From a virus: a stretch of DNA of 64,000 nt. The first letter of the stretch is position 1. Every line of letters starts with the position of its first letter. Positions 56,601 through 64,000 of this stretch are shown here, one piece after another. The translations under genes were made by a program, and so were the position numbers. Below the pieces are notes generated by a model that worked only from the letters and a program-made list of their open reading frames with translations, was not told the origin of the DNA and did no database searches. The stretch lies in IMG/VR virus record IMGVR_UViG_3300005253_000946. One strand, given 5' to 3'.

Positions 56601-59600
56601 AGAAAAGAAAGGTACTAAATTTCAGTTAATCCCTTTCACAGAGAAGCAGATACTAGATATGAGTAGCGGTGAACTCAAAGACGCCGGACAAATGGTTAAA
56701 GGAAAGAGCTTGAAGCCTATTAGAAATGGCCTGTTTGATGAAGAGCTGACTGGAGGCCTTGAAGGAACCAAATGGACTCATATAGATCTCGGAGAGAGGT
56801 TCGCTAATCCTGTATTTGAGAAACCACTGAAGTATATTCTAGATATATCTGAGAAGGAGTTCGAGGATATTAAGAATGGTAAGACTGTAGTTAAAGGCAA
56901 AACTGGAGGAGATCTCTTCTACGATATGCTGAAAAAGGTAGATGTAGATAAAGAGCTTAAAGAAGCTATAGAGAAAGCTAGAAAGTCTAAAGCAGCCACG
57001 ACATCCAAAGTTCATCGTCGTATTCGATACTTGAAGTCTTTGAAAGAGTTAGGTATCAGACCAGAAGAGGCTTACGTTAAAAAATCTCTACCTGTATTAC
57101 CTCCAGCTTTTAGACCGTTGACCATTACTGAAGAAGGTAACATACGAGATCGAGGTCTCAATGGTATTTACAAAGGAGTGTTTTTACTGGCTGACAAATT
57201 CAAAGAGGCTAAGAAGGTAGGATTACCTGATGAGGATTTAAATAAGCTACGTACTGAAATATACGATGCTCTACAAGCATTTACAGGTATAGGAGGTCAT
57301 ATAAGTATTGGTGGCAAAGGTCGTAGACCAAAAGGTATCATGGAAATACTAGGTGCCAGTAAATCTGGTGCAGAACAACGTGTGTCTGCTAAAGAAGGTT
57401 TCTTCCAGAACAAGGTACTGAAGCGTCGACAAGATTTTACAGCTCGAACAACTATTGTTCCAGAACCAAGGTTAGGTTTAGATGAGATAGGTATACCTGA
57501 GAACCTTGCTTGGGAACTATACAAACCATTTATCATTAAAGATCTGACTAAAACTCTTTTTATGGCCCCTCTTAGAGCTAGAGAGGAAGTCTCGAAGAAG
57601 AGTAAGTTGGCACGTACAGCGTTAAGTAGAGTGATGAAAGATAGGCCAGTACTGGCTAAGCGAGATCCTGCTTTACACAAATATAACGTACAAGCGTTTG
57701 ATCCTATCATTACTGCTGGCCGTGCTATCAAGATTAACCCTCTTGTAACTAGTAGCTATAACGCTGACTTCGATGGTGATAAAATGCCTATATTCTTACC
57801 TATTTCTAAAGATGCGGTTGCAGAAGCACATAGATTAAAGCCTTCTAATAACCTGTTTTCTGCAGCTCACGGTAAGTTGATGTACAAACCGACACAAGAA
57901 GCACAGTTAGGTTTGTTCCTACTTACTAAAGAAGGTAAGAAGACAGGTCTGTCTTTCACATCCCAAAAAGATATTATGACAGCCTTTAAACAACGCCGTC
58001 TTAAAATAGACGATGTTGTTACCCTTAAAGGTAGAAAGACAACTATCGGTAAAGAGATAATAAGAGGAATGTTACCTAAAGGTATGCAGACTAAAGAAAT
58101 GTTAAGGGTTGTGAAGAAGACTTTCGATAGGAACGTGCTCACTGAATTCTTAAACATAGCTGCAAAACGAGATCCAGGAAGGTTCGGGGTAATAGTCAAT
58201 AAGATAAAGAACCTAGGTAATGAGAAGGCTACTGGGTACTCATTTAAGTTAGCCGATTTTAAACCTATTAACAAAAGCACAAGAGATAGACTGTTTAAAG
58301 CTGCTGAGAAAGAAGCTGCCAAGATCGACAAAGATAAGTCTTTATCTAAAGATGAGCGTAATGAAAAGAAGGCTGCTGTATTTATGGAGGTAGTTAAAAC
58401 GTTAGACAAAAAGATGATCGATCACTTTAAAAGTTCTGACTCCGGGATAGGTGCTTTATTATTATCTGGTGCTGTAAATAAGCCCGCTCAAGTAAGATCT
58501 ATGATCAGTGCTCCTGGTGTTGTAACTGGACCAGATGATAAACCTCTACCAGTTCCAGTAACAAAATCCTACTCTGAAGGACTGGATTTAGGTAGTTACT
58601 GGAATTCTATGTCTGCTGCACGTAAGACTATGATACAGAAAACTATTGAGGTGCGTAATCCTGGATATTTAACAAAACAGTTGATGAACACAACGATAGG
58701 TATGGTAATATCTGAGGCTGATTGTGGTACTAAAAGGGGTATTTCTTTAGAGACCGAAGATCCTGAGATCATAGGTCGGGTACTAGCTAATGGAGTTAAA
58801 GTAGGCTCCATCTCAGTCAGGCGTGGGACTGTTATAACTCCAGAAGTTATTACCCGTCTGATTAATAATAGAATACCTAAGATAGTTGTTCGATCACCTA
58901 TGCGTTGCGAATCTATAAACGGCGTATGCCAAAAATGTTATGGAAAAAATGAGACTGGAGCGTTCCCTGAGATAGGCACTAATGTTGGAGCCATAGCTTC
59001 ACAATCTTTAGGGGAACCATCAACTCAGTTAATAATGAGAGCCTTCCATACAGGAGGTACTGTATCTGCTAAGAGTAATGTATTAAATACCTTTGACCGG
59101 GTGTCTCAATTAGTACGCCTACCAAAAACAGTACCGGGATCTGCTACTTTAGCTGGTTCTGACGGATCTATTGAAAGTATCAACAAAGCTCCGGCCGGTG
59201 GGTGGAATGTAAGTTTAGGAGGTATAGCTCATTACATCCCTCAAGACAGAGGTTTGAGAATAAAAAAAGGTCAGACAGTTAAAAAAGGGTCACCTATCAG
59301 TGGTGGGGTTATAAACCCAAGAGAGTTGTTAGAATTAAAAGGTATCGACGCTACCCAGAATTATATAGCTGGTTCACTGTACGATTCCTACAAGACAGAG
59401 GGGCCTATTAATCGTAGACATGCCGAGATTATGACTAGAGGTATTACGAATATCTCTCAGGTCAGAGACCCTGGAGGTAATGAGGTTGTGGTTCCCGGAG
59501 ATATTGTACCGACGACTTTGGTAGAGAATTTTAATCGCACAGGCAGGATTAGAACTGTAGCTCCGGTAGATGCTTTCAATTCTACTTTACTAGAACCAGT

Positions 59601-59913
59601 TGCTGGTTTGAGTAGAGGTAAACGTCTTAATGAAGACGACATACAAAAACTTAAGAGGCATGGTATACAAACTGTTAAGGTAGCTGCAGATCCTATAATT
59701 TCTGAAATTAATCTCAAAGGGGTTGAGATGGCCCCGTTAGCTGTTAGTGAAGACTGGATGGCCAGAATGAACTTCAACCGTTTAAAAGAGACTGTGCTCG
59801 AAGCAGCAGGTCAAGGTTGGATTTCTGATGTACACAGCTCTAACCCTATACCGGCTTTAGCTTACGGAGCTGAGATAGGTAAACCACCGGAAGATAAACC
59901 TTGGGCGTACTAG
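53608..59913 (+). CDS. rpoBC: DNA-directed RNA polymerase, fused beta-beta' single polypeptide
   Basis: 2101 aa. Beta motifs: QLS..EQVNPL, SHLGFLDPIHTPEG, GARAFMASKQIEQAV, GYNYEDGIVIS, GDKLIGRHGNKG, LNPTGVPGRINPGQ, YMLKL.H, RLGELG. Beta' motifs: LPVLPP.FRP, KEGFFQ..VLKRRQDF.AR, YNADFDGDKM (57760-57780), GYLTKQL, DCGT, C..C..C zinc site, SQSLGEPSTQLIMRAFHTGG. Confidence 0.98.
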   Translation: MAHLNPADQFESLKKRVVQTLQTTVFPITGGKHTLEAKKIWVDDSLSINDLGSQKDAKLKGGSWTVPVNAHLVLKDSKTGKIIDERPKIRIMNLPKVTRRFSFIVGGTEYQPKGQFRLKSGVYSTISGKGEVIAKVNMVIGLKGWGGSSHVKLDQANGIFYFLPETSTGTSILLYPILKMMGIGDAQMQRYWGKELLETNRTFSSGKEERNLNKLYAKLTGEKSTDQDAVKSLLLDSFKGTKLREDSTKITLGKAVSKLDGEALLLTSSKLIKLSKGEAKPDDTDSLAFKDFADIDDFISEHIEAKVKTIHRKIKNNLNDKVAIRDIVSSSYFTEPVRSFFTSTQLSDKPEQVNPLEMISGQLKTTIMGEGGGITDPNKIRPNLRQVNPSHLGFLDPIHTPEGDKTGITLNLPIGASKKGNELRTTFYSIKRKKLVKVSPLESIHSVVAFADQYIKESDGTYTPKEKIVKVVSKDGEIQKVPATTVDYVIPSPSVLFDVTTNMIPFLSNNSGARAFMASKQIEQAVSLVHREEPLVQVRASDKSEHTFERAVGRTSAHISPIDGKVTRVTETDIYVRGDNGKSIKVPYYNNFPLNSKQMLHATPVVRAGDTVTKGQLLADSNFTKNGVLSLGVNLDVGYMPFKGYNYEDGIVISEKAAEKLTSEHLYKFLVTVGPNTELSLRKFTAHSPNILSVKNLEKLDSRGVVKKGSTVYEEDYLVAVLNKVELTKEQVMMRKFKSSLISAYSTSKSIMWDKRFPGTVTDVSVSGKDVVVYVKTQEPMIVGDKLIGRHGNKGIVTMIVPQNEMPTTKSGKPLEVLLNPTGVPGRINPGQVLETMAGKIADKIGKPLKMVNFDGKNAVDHLIKELKKHKLSDTEDVLDPKTGRSIGKVMVGKQYMLKLIHQIDKGTSTRSTGPYESTSRAPARGGKASASRLGELGNYAMLAHGAKANLFDAYNYKTERNDDVWYALVEGAPLPKTKPAFVFDKFTGYLNALGVNVEKKGTKFQLIPFTEKQILDMSSGELKDAGQMVKGKSLKPIRNGLFDEELTGGLEGTKWTHIDLGERFANPVFEKPLKYILDISEKEFEDIKNGKTVVKGKTGGDLFYDMLKKVDVDKELKEAIEKARKSKAATTSKVHRRIRYLKSLKELGIRPEEAYVKKSLPVLPPAFRPLTITEEGNIRDRGLNGIYKGVFLLADKFKEAKKVGLPDEDLNKLRTEIYDALQAFTGIGGHISIGGKGRRPKGIMEILGASKSGAEQRVSAKEGFFQNKVLKRRQDFTARTTIVPEPRLGLDEIGIPENLAWELYKPFIIKDLTKTLFMAPLRAREEVSKKSKLARTALSRVMKDRPVLAKRDPALHKYNVQAFDPIITAGRAIKINPLVTSSYNADFDGDKMPIFLPISKDAVAEAHRLKPSNNLFSAAHGKLMYKPTQEAQLGLFLLTKEGKKTGLSFTSQKDIMTAFKQRRLKIDDVVTLKGRKTTIGKEIIRGMLPKGMQTKEMLRVVKKTFDRNVLTEFLNIAAKRDPGRFGVIVNKIKNLGNEKATGYSFKLADFKPINKSTRDRLFKAAEKEAAKIDKDKSLSKDERNEKKAAVFMEVVKTLDKKMIDHFKSSDSGIGALLLSGAVNKPAQVRSMISAPGVVTGPDDKPLPVPVTKSYSEGLDLGSYWNSMSAARKTMIQKTIEVRNPGYLTKQLMNTTIGMVISEADCGTKRGISLETEDPEIIGRVLANGVKVGSISVRRGTVITPEVITRLINNRIPKIVVRSPMRCESINGVCQKCYGKNETGAFPEIGTNVGAIASQSLGEPSTQLIMRAFHTGGTVSAKSNVLNTFDRVSQLVRLPKTVPGSATLAGSDGSIESINKAPAGGWNVSLGGIAHYIPQDRGLRIKKGQTVKKGSPISGGVINPRELLELKGIDATQNYIAGSLYDSYKTEGPINRRHAEIMTRGITNISQVRDPGGNEVVVPGDIVPTTLVENFNRTGRIRTVAPVDAFNSTLLEPVAGLSRGKRLNEDDIQKLKRHGIQTVKVAADPIISEINLKGVEMAPLAVSEDWMARMNFNRLKETVLEAAGQGWISDVHSSNPIPALAYGAEIGKPPEDKPWAY

Positions 59914-59919
59914 CTAAAA

Positions 59920-59951
59920 GAGGGGTGGGGACATTAAGCCCCCACACCCTC
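59920..59951. terminator. GC-rich hairpin between convergent RNAP and H1-like genes (probable terminator)
   Basis: GAGGGGTGGGG-loop-CCCCAC(A)CCCTC with one bulge, preceded by AAAA (U-tract on the - strand). Confidence 0.65.
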
Positions 59952-59971
59952 CCACTCTTACTAGGAGACTC

Positions 59972-60751
59972 CTACGAGGCTTTCGCCATCGTCTTTTTAG
60001 GAGCTGCTTTTTTATTGGTGGTCGGTTTCTTCTTCGTTTTCTTGGTTGAGGTTTTTGCTTTAGCTACAGGTTTCTTCGCAGTCTTTTTAGCTGCTTTCTT
60101 GGCCGGGGCTTTCTTTTTAGTTTCAACGGTTTTGGTTTCTTTAACCGACACCACTTTACCGGTTGTTTTGTCCGTTGATACTGTCAGACCTGCTACTTGG
60201 ACTAGCTCTACTTCTCCAGAAGCTTCTTCTGGTAGAAGGCTGCGACCAGGCATCAAGATATCAATCATACGTCGGCTGGTATCTATTGGTTTGCCTTTTG
60301 AGAGATCCTCTGATGCTTTTGAGGCACCGATGGCGACTTCAAGTATACCAGCGATAACCAGCATCTTTGTCTCAGCGTGCCAGTCCCTATCTACATTGTT
60401 ATTGAATTCAATGTGCGCCCTGTCGTCAGGAATTCTGGCTTGCACCTCCACATCTATACCCATGTGGGGCATTGGCGGTAGGAAGATGGTACATCTAAGA
60501 CCGTGGCCTCTAAAATCTCTAAAGACCTGGACCCCTTGTTCGATGTCTAGAAAGTCAGAGTATGTAATAAATTCCACAGGGGCCTTAAATCTACCGAGGT
60601 TGATTAAATACCTTTTCAGGTTTTCTACCAGCCACGACGCATTTTTGTGTCCGTTGTTTCTGATCCACACAGACCTTTCTTTCACAAATTCGGTTACTTC
60701 GCTTTTTTCAAATCCGGCCGCTTCTAATTGGTTTTTTATGTCTGTTGACAT
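59972..60751 (-). CDS. Protein with globular N-terminal domain and histone H1-like Lys/Ala-rich C-terminal tail
   Basis: AGGAGG SD. Tail KKKAPAKKAAKKTAKKPVAKAKTSTKKTKKKPTTNKKAAPKKTMAKAS. Confidence 0.8.
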   Translation of the reverse strand: MSTDIKNQLEAAGFEKSEVTEFVKERSVWIRNNGHKNASWLVENLKRYLINLGRFKAPVEFITYSDFLDIEQGVQVFRDFRGHGLRCTIFLPPMPHMGIDVEVQARIPDDRAHIEFNNNVDRDWHAETKMLVIAGILEVAIGASKASEDLSKGKPIDTSRRMIDILMPGRSLLPEEASGEVELVQVAGLTVSTDKTTGKVVSVKETKTVETKKKAPAKKAAKKTAKKPVAKAKTSTKKTKKKPTTNKKAAPKKTMAKAS

Positions 60752-60836
60752 GAGCTATCCTCCTAGGAGAGTGTTAGAGTTTCAGGCTAATTGCCTTCAT
60801 AGTTCTTATAACAATTTTTAGGACGGAATTTTAGCG

Positions 60837-61835
60837 ATGAGACGCCAATCAAAACCTTGGTTTCCTGTTTCAGATTACAGGATGCCGGAGATTATTTACT
60901 GTAGAGTCAGTAATGTGGATCTTGATAAGTACACACTTACAGCTGTAGGGGACATCGGTAATAGATCCTTCTTCAGTCTTCCGTGGGCATCTCCTTATGT
61001 CAACATAAATCAAGGGCAAGGAACTTATTGTATCCCAGAAGTAGGTTCTCGCGGATATGTCGTAATACCCTCCGACAACACAGACCCTTTCTTTTTGACA
61101 TTTATAATGCCTCAGAGTACCGATTTTTATCGAGGTGGTAGAAGTAAAAAACTCAATCCAGGAGATCAAGTTATGATTTCTGAGGATGGTAACGGTGTTA
61201 TAGTACGAAAAGGTGGTGTGACTCAGATAATGTCTACACCTATCTGCCAGAGGATGTTTATACCTATTAACAACTTCATTAAAGACTACTGTGAAAACTT
61301 CCAATTATTTAGTGCTGGAGGAACTATGACTTGGGTAGTTAACAAAACACTTTTAAATAAAACAGCATTCGAACTAAGAGCTAAGACACAAGCAGAATTA
61401 CCGCCTACAATAAAGTTTGCTCTTGGAGATCTTACAGGCTTATTAGATGAGCTACCTATGACAGGTGTAACAGCTCCTGCAGATATTCACGGATTACTTT
61501 CTATTGGCGAAGGTCTATTTACGATGAGAATAGACGCTGTAGGTAACTGCGAGATGAAAGGGTTAGAAAGTTCTGAGACCTGGCTTACAGGTAAGACAAT
61601 CACAGCCCCTGTTATAAAATTCGGATCAATAGCTGCCTCATCTCCGGCCGCTAAAGGTGATGCCGTTATTCAACTACTTACTAGCTTCTTAAACGCCTTT
61701 ATAAACAATTCAGAGATATCTACGCTCGGCAATATGGGTGCTCCGGTAGTCACTAATCCAGCAATTATTACTGAGCTGACTACTATTCTAGGACAAGTAA
61801 GCACTATAGCTTCCCTGAAAGTGTTGATCGAATAA
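60837..61835 (+). CDS. Baseplate central spike-like protein (gpV/gp45/gp5 OB-fold type)
   Basis: RVSNVDLDKYT..LPWASPY..GQGTYCIPEVGSRGYV; LNPGDQVM..GNGVIVRKGG beta-repeat region; C-terminal AAKGDAV. Confidence 0.6.
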   Translation: MRRQSKPWFPVSDYRMPEIIYCRVSNVDLDKYTLTAVGDIGNRSFFSLPWASPYVNINQGQGTYCIPEVGSRGYVVIPSDNTDPFFLTFIMPQSTDFYRGGRSKKLNPGDQVMISEDGNGVIVRKGGVTQIMSTPICQRMFIPINNFIKDYCENFQLFSAGGTMTWVVNKTLLNKTAFELRAKTQAELPPTIKFALGDLTGLLDELPMTGVTAPADIHGLLSIGEGLFTMRIDAVGNCEMKGLESSETWLTGKTITAPVIKFGSIAASSPAAKGDAVIQLLTSFLNAFINNSEISTLGNMGAPVVTNPAIITELTTILGQVSTIASLKVLIE

Positions 61836-62275
61836 TGCCATTAGCTCAAGGAAGTCCTGATTGGATAGATGCATGGGGGAAGGCTACTCCGGTAGTAGGA
61901 GCAGGTCCTACGAACGTTGTAACTGAATCTATGGCTGCTCTATCTGCTATGGACGCAATACTAGTAGCTGCTGTACCATTACAAGCAAAAGGATTCGCGC
62001 TTTTAGCTGCTCTTCCGGCTACAATGCAGACCACAAAGGCCGGTATAGCTTTAGACGCAGCCTTTGAAGCAACATTTACAGAGAGTCAAGGAATATACCT
62101 ACCAACAGCTCCACCGAATCCAGGACCGCCAATACACCCACTAGCAGAAAAAATGATAACCACGTTTAAAACTGCTTACGTAGCTTCAATGCCAGAGGCT
62201 GCATTTGGTGTTGGACTTGAGACATTAGCTATGGCAGTATGTACTAATATATACTTCGCCTATCCAACTCCGTAG
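61835..62275 (+). CDS. Hypothetical protein (Ala/Pro-rich)
   Basis: 146 aa, translationally coupled (TAATG) to the spike gene. Confidence 0.6.
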   Translation: MPLAQGSPDWIDAWGKATPVVGAGPTNVVTESMAALSAMDAILVAAVPLQAKGFALLAALPATMQTTKAGIALDAAFEATFTESQGIYLPTAPPNPGPPIHPLAEKMITTFKTAYVASMPEAAFGVGLETLAMAVCTNIYFAYPTP

Positions 62276-62284
62276 GAGATATCA

Positions 62285-64000
62285 ATGGAAGCCCAAATAA
62301 GACCGGATCTATTTTTAAACCACGAACTTAAGTTCGAAAAAATGGCTGCTGCTCAACTGAGTGACTATGCAGGCAAATGGGATCAAGAGATTCTGCAAGA
62401 GGCCTACAAACAGGTTCCGTATCTAGGTGATTATCAAACTACACTTGTACTGGACCGAAAAGATGAAGAGCGTGGAACAGCGTTAGGTTATATCTCGGTT
62501 AAAACAAAAACAGGTACTACTGAGAGCACTAGTGGAGCCACCACTAAGGACTTTGATGTAGTCATTCCTATAATCGTTAAAGACAATAAGCTTTTTAACC
62601 TAGATATATTACGAATTAGTACGAAGTTCTTTCCGCTTACTCAAGATCGTTTAGCTGAAGCTCTCTTCAATCCCAGCATTTTTGAACTGATTACCAAGAA
62701 TCGTCACTTTGATACGTCTATTCTAGATGTCTTAGAGCCAGCAGTGAAGGATAGGTATGGGTTCGGTTTAGGGGTAACTAATCTCCTTAAACAAGGTTCA
62801 GCAAACGTTACTCCTATTTCTTTGCTTAAAGAAGCTACTGCGTCTATGATAGATACTGATAAGAATGTGTTTTTAAATTCGCTAGACGACAATATTGTGC
62901 ACGCAATGACGAACAATGACACAATTGGTTCACTAGACATTATTGTTGCAGCAGAACCTAAGTTTACAAAAGAAGCGTCTGCAATTGCTGTGTTGTCTGT
63001 TTCCCCTGACGTTATTTCTTTACGTAAAACACGTCCTAATTCGTACATCTTAAAGACAGCTAATGCAGAGGGTTATGCCCCTATCACTCTTAATATAAAC
63101 AAAGCAGAAGCTGTCCTTGCAACTAACGAAGAGTTTGTTAAAGAAGCAGACCTTACACCACTTTCTGTAGAGAAGACCTCTAGACCAGCTCAGTTAGAGG
63201 ATTTGATTAAAAAACCTCAGAGTAAAAAATTAGATAACAGTAATATTATTGTCGCTAAAGACGCAGGATCTGGCAGGTCTACTATAGGTATGTACTTCAA
63301 TAGGATAGTTGATTTTGACAACGTATTACTCCCTGTGTGTTTATTCACAAACCTTTCTCAGTACAGCTACCAAGAAAGTATCGCTGGAGATAGTCTGAAA
63401 AAGTTATATTTAGATGACAGAGGTAGTAAGAAATTATTTAAGATTCCTGCTGCTGGTGACCTTGGTGTTTTTGTAGTAGACGAAAATAAAGCCACTAACT
63501 ACGACTCAGTGGTGACAATCCCTCTTAAAATTGTCACTGTTATACGAGACCTTGGTGCTACTAAATACGTCTGTACCACTATCGAAGACAATCCAGTTAC
63601 TCTTATCCCTGATTCTAATGTTACAAAGTTCATGGCTACGGGAGAAGGATCTTATTTATATCCTTCAGAATTAAAGTTCCTACCTATAGGCACCCAACCT
63701 GTGGGGTTAATAAAAGATTCTGCTGAGTTTGACAAAATAGCTTCACTAGAAGGTGTTTCTAGACGTGTAGTTATTAAGTCATCTGGAGGCTCTTATACTC
63801 TTAGTGGTAATCCGGTAGACACACTAGATTCGAAGGACAAAGAGTTTCTTAACAAAGAAGCTGCCAGGATGGTTTTAGGAGCTGCGGGGTTTAGTTCTTC
63901 TATGTCCAACCCTGTTCTAGATACTGCTGACAGAACTAGAAGAACACAATATCTTGATGGTGCCGTCAGAATAGTTAATCCTCCTATGTCCAAAGTAGCT
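62285..64000 (+). CDS. Large putative head/internal virion protein rich in K-x-A motifs (3'-partial, missing from the ORF track)
   Basis: AGGAG SD. I translated 572 codons with no stop up to the window end: MEAQIRPDLFLNHELKFEKMAAAQLSDYAGKWDQEILQEAYKQVPYLGDY...IPIIVKDNKLFNLD...MSKVA. Confidence 0.85.
   Translation, partial: MEAQIRPDLFLNHELKFEKMAAAQLSDYAGKWDQEILQEAYKQVPYLGDYQTTLVLDRKDEERGTALGYISVKTKTGTTESTSGATTKDFDVVIPIIVKDNKLFNLDILRISTKFFPLTQDRLAEALFNPSIFELITKNRHFDTSILDVLEPAVKDRYGFGLGVTNLLKQGSANVTPISLLKEATASMIDTDKNVFLNSLDDNIVHAMTNNDTIGSLDIIVAAEPKFTKEASAIAVLSVSPDVISLRKTRPNSYILKTANAEGYAPITLNINKAEAVLATNEEFVKEADLTPLSVEKTSRPAQLEDLIKKPQSKKLDNSNIIVAKDAGSGRSTIGMYFNRIVDFDNVLLPVCLFTNLSQYSYQESIAGDSLKKLYLDDRGSKKLFKIPAAGDLGVFVVDENKATNYDSVVTIPLKIVTVIRDLGATKYVCTTIEDNPVTLIPDSNVTKFMATGEGSYLYPSELKFLPIGTQPVGLIKDSAEFDKIASLEGVSRRVVIKSSGGSYTLSGNPVDTLDSKDKEFLNKEAARMVLGAAGFSSSMSNPVLDTADRTRRTQYLDGAVRIVNPPMSKVA

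Noticed and set aside
37513-59913. Inteins or introns in RecA, PolA, DnaB or RNAP
   Set aside because: Protein lengths are normal or reduced, the motifs are contiguous, and no splicing or LAGLIDADG/HNH motifs were seen.
53608-59913. RNAP as host chromosomal rpoBC (contamination or prophage flank)
   Set aside because: No flanking ribosomal-protein, nusG or secE genes. It is much shorter and more diverged than cellular enzymes, and it is flanked by portal-like and spike-like genes with the same composition.
59901-60821. 306-aa + strand ORF in the track
   Set aside because: Antisense shadow of the H1-like gene (its FLAAF/FFLV runs are reverse-complemented Lys/Ala codons), and it crosses the terminator hairpin.
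1-64000. Stop-codon reassignment (alternative genetic code)
   Set aside because: Code 11 gives long, tightly packed ORFs with intact motifs, and TAA, TAG and TGA all end genes at sensible overlaps.

Overview
A 64-kb segment (roughly 40% GC, standard genetic code, very gene-dense) of a large contractile-tailed bacteriophage. It has three blocks. (1) 1-31,973, mostly + strand: baseplate and tail genes (giant PKD/Ig/lectin-domain proteins, putative hub, gp25-like, baseplate J-like, wedge, tail fibre with a C1q-like tip), then a membrane/lysis-like cassette. A sigma-70-family factor sits inside this operon, and an inverted RNase HII cassette interrupts it. (2) 32,025-49,257, - strand: replication, recombination and repair (RusA, UvsY-like, Cas4-like nuclease, DinG, Hjc-like nuclease, RecA, PolA, gp32-like SSB, primase, DnaB, family-4 UDG, SF2 helicase). 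(3) 49,353-64,000, mostly + strand: putative head genes, a Zn-ribbon portal-like protein, a 2101-aa single-chain beta-beta' RNA polymerase, a histone-H1-like-tailed protein, a gpV-like spike and a large ORF running off the end. The gene set fits, from memory, the metagenomic clade of multi-subunit-RNAP-encoding Caudovirales (mReC). Most striking: (a) a minimal fused RNAP lacking the beta' N-terminal zinc finger, with a distant phage sigma factor; (b) a recurring hydrophobic-x-K-x-[A/G/S] motif concentrated in putative head/internal proteins, a candidate prohead-protease maturation code; (c) nested, Russian-doll domain architecture in the giant baseplate proteins. No major capsid, terminase, sheath, tape measure, endolysin, tRNA or CRISPR array was recognised in the window. 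All family calls come from motif recognition by eye; no database searches were run.
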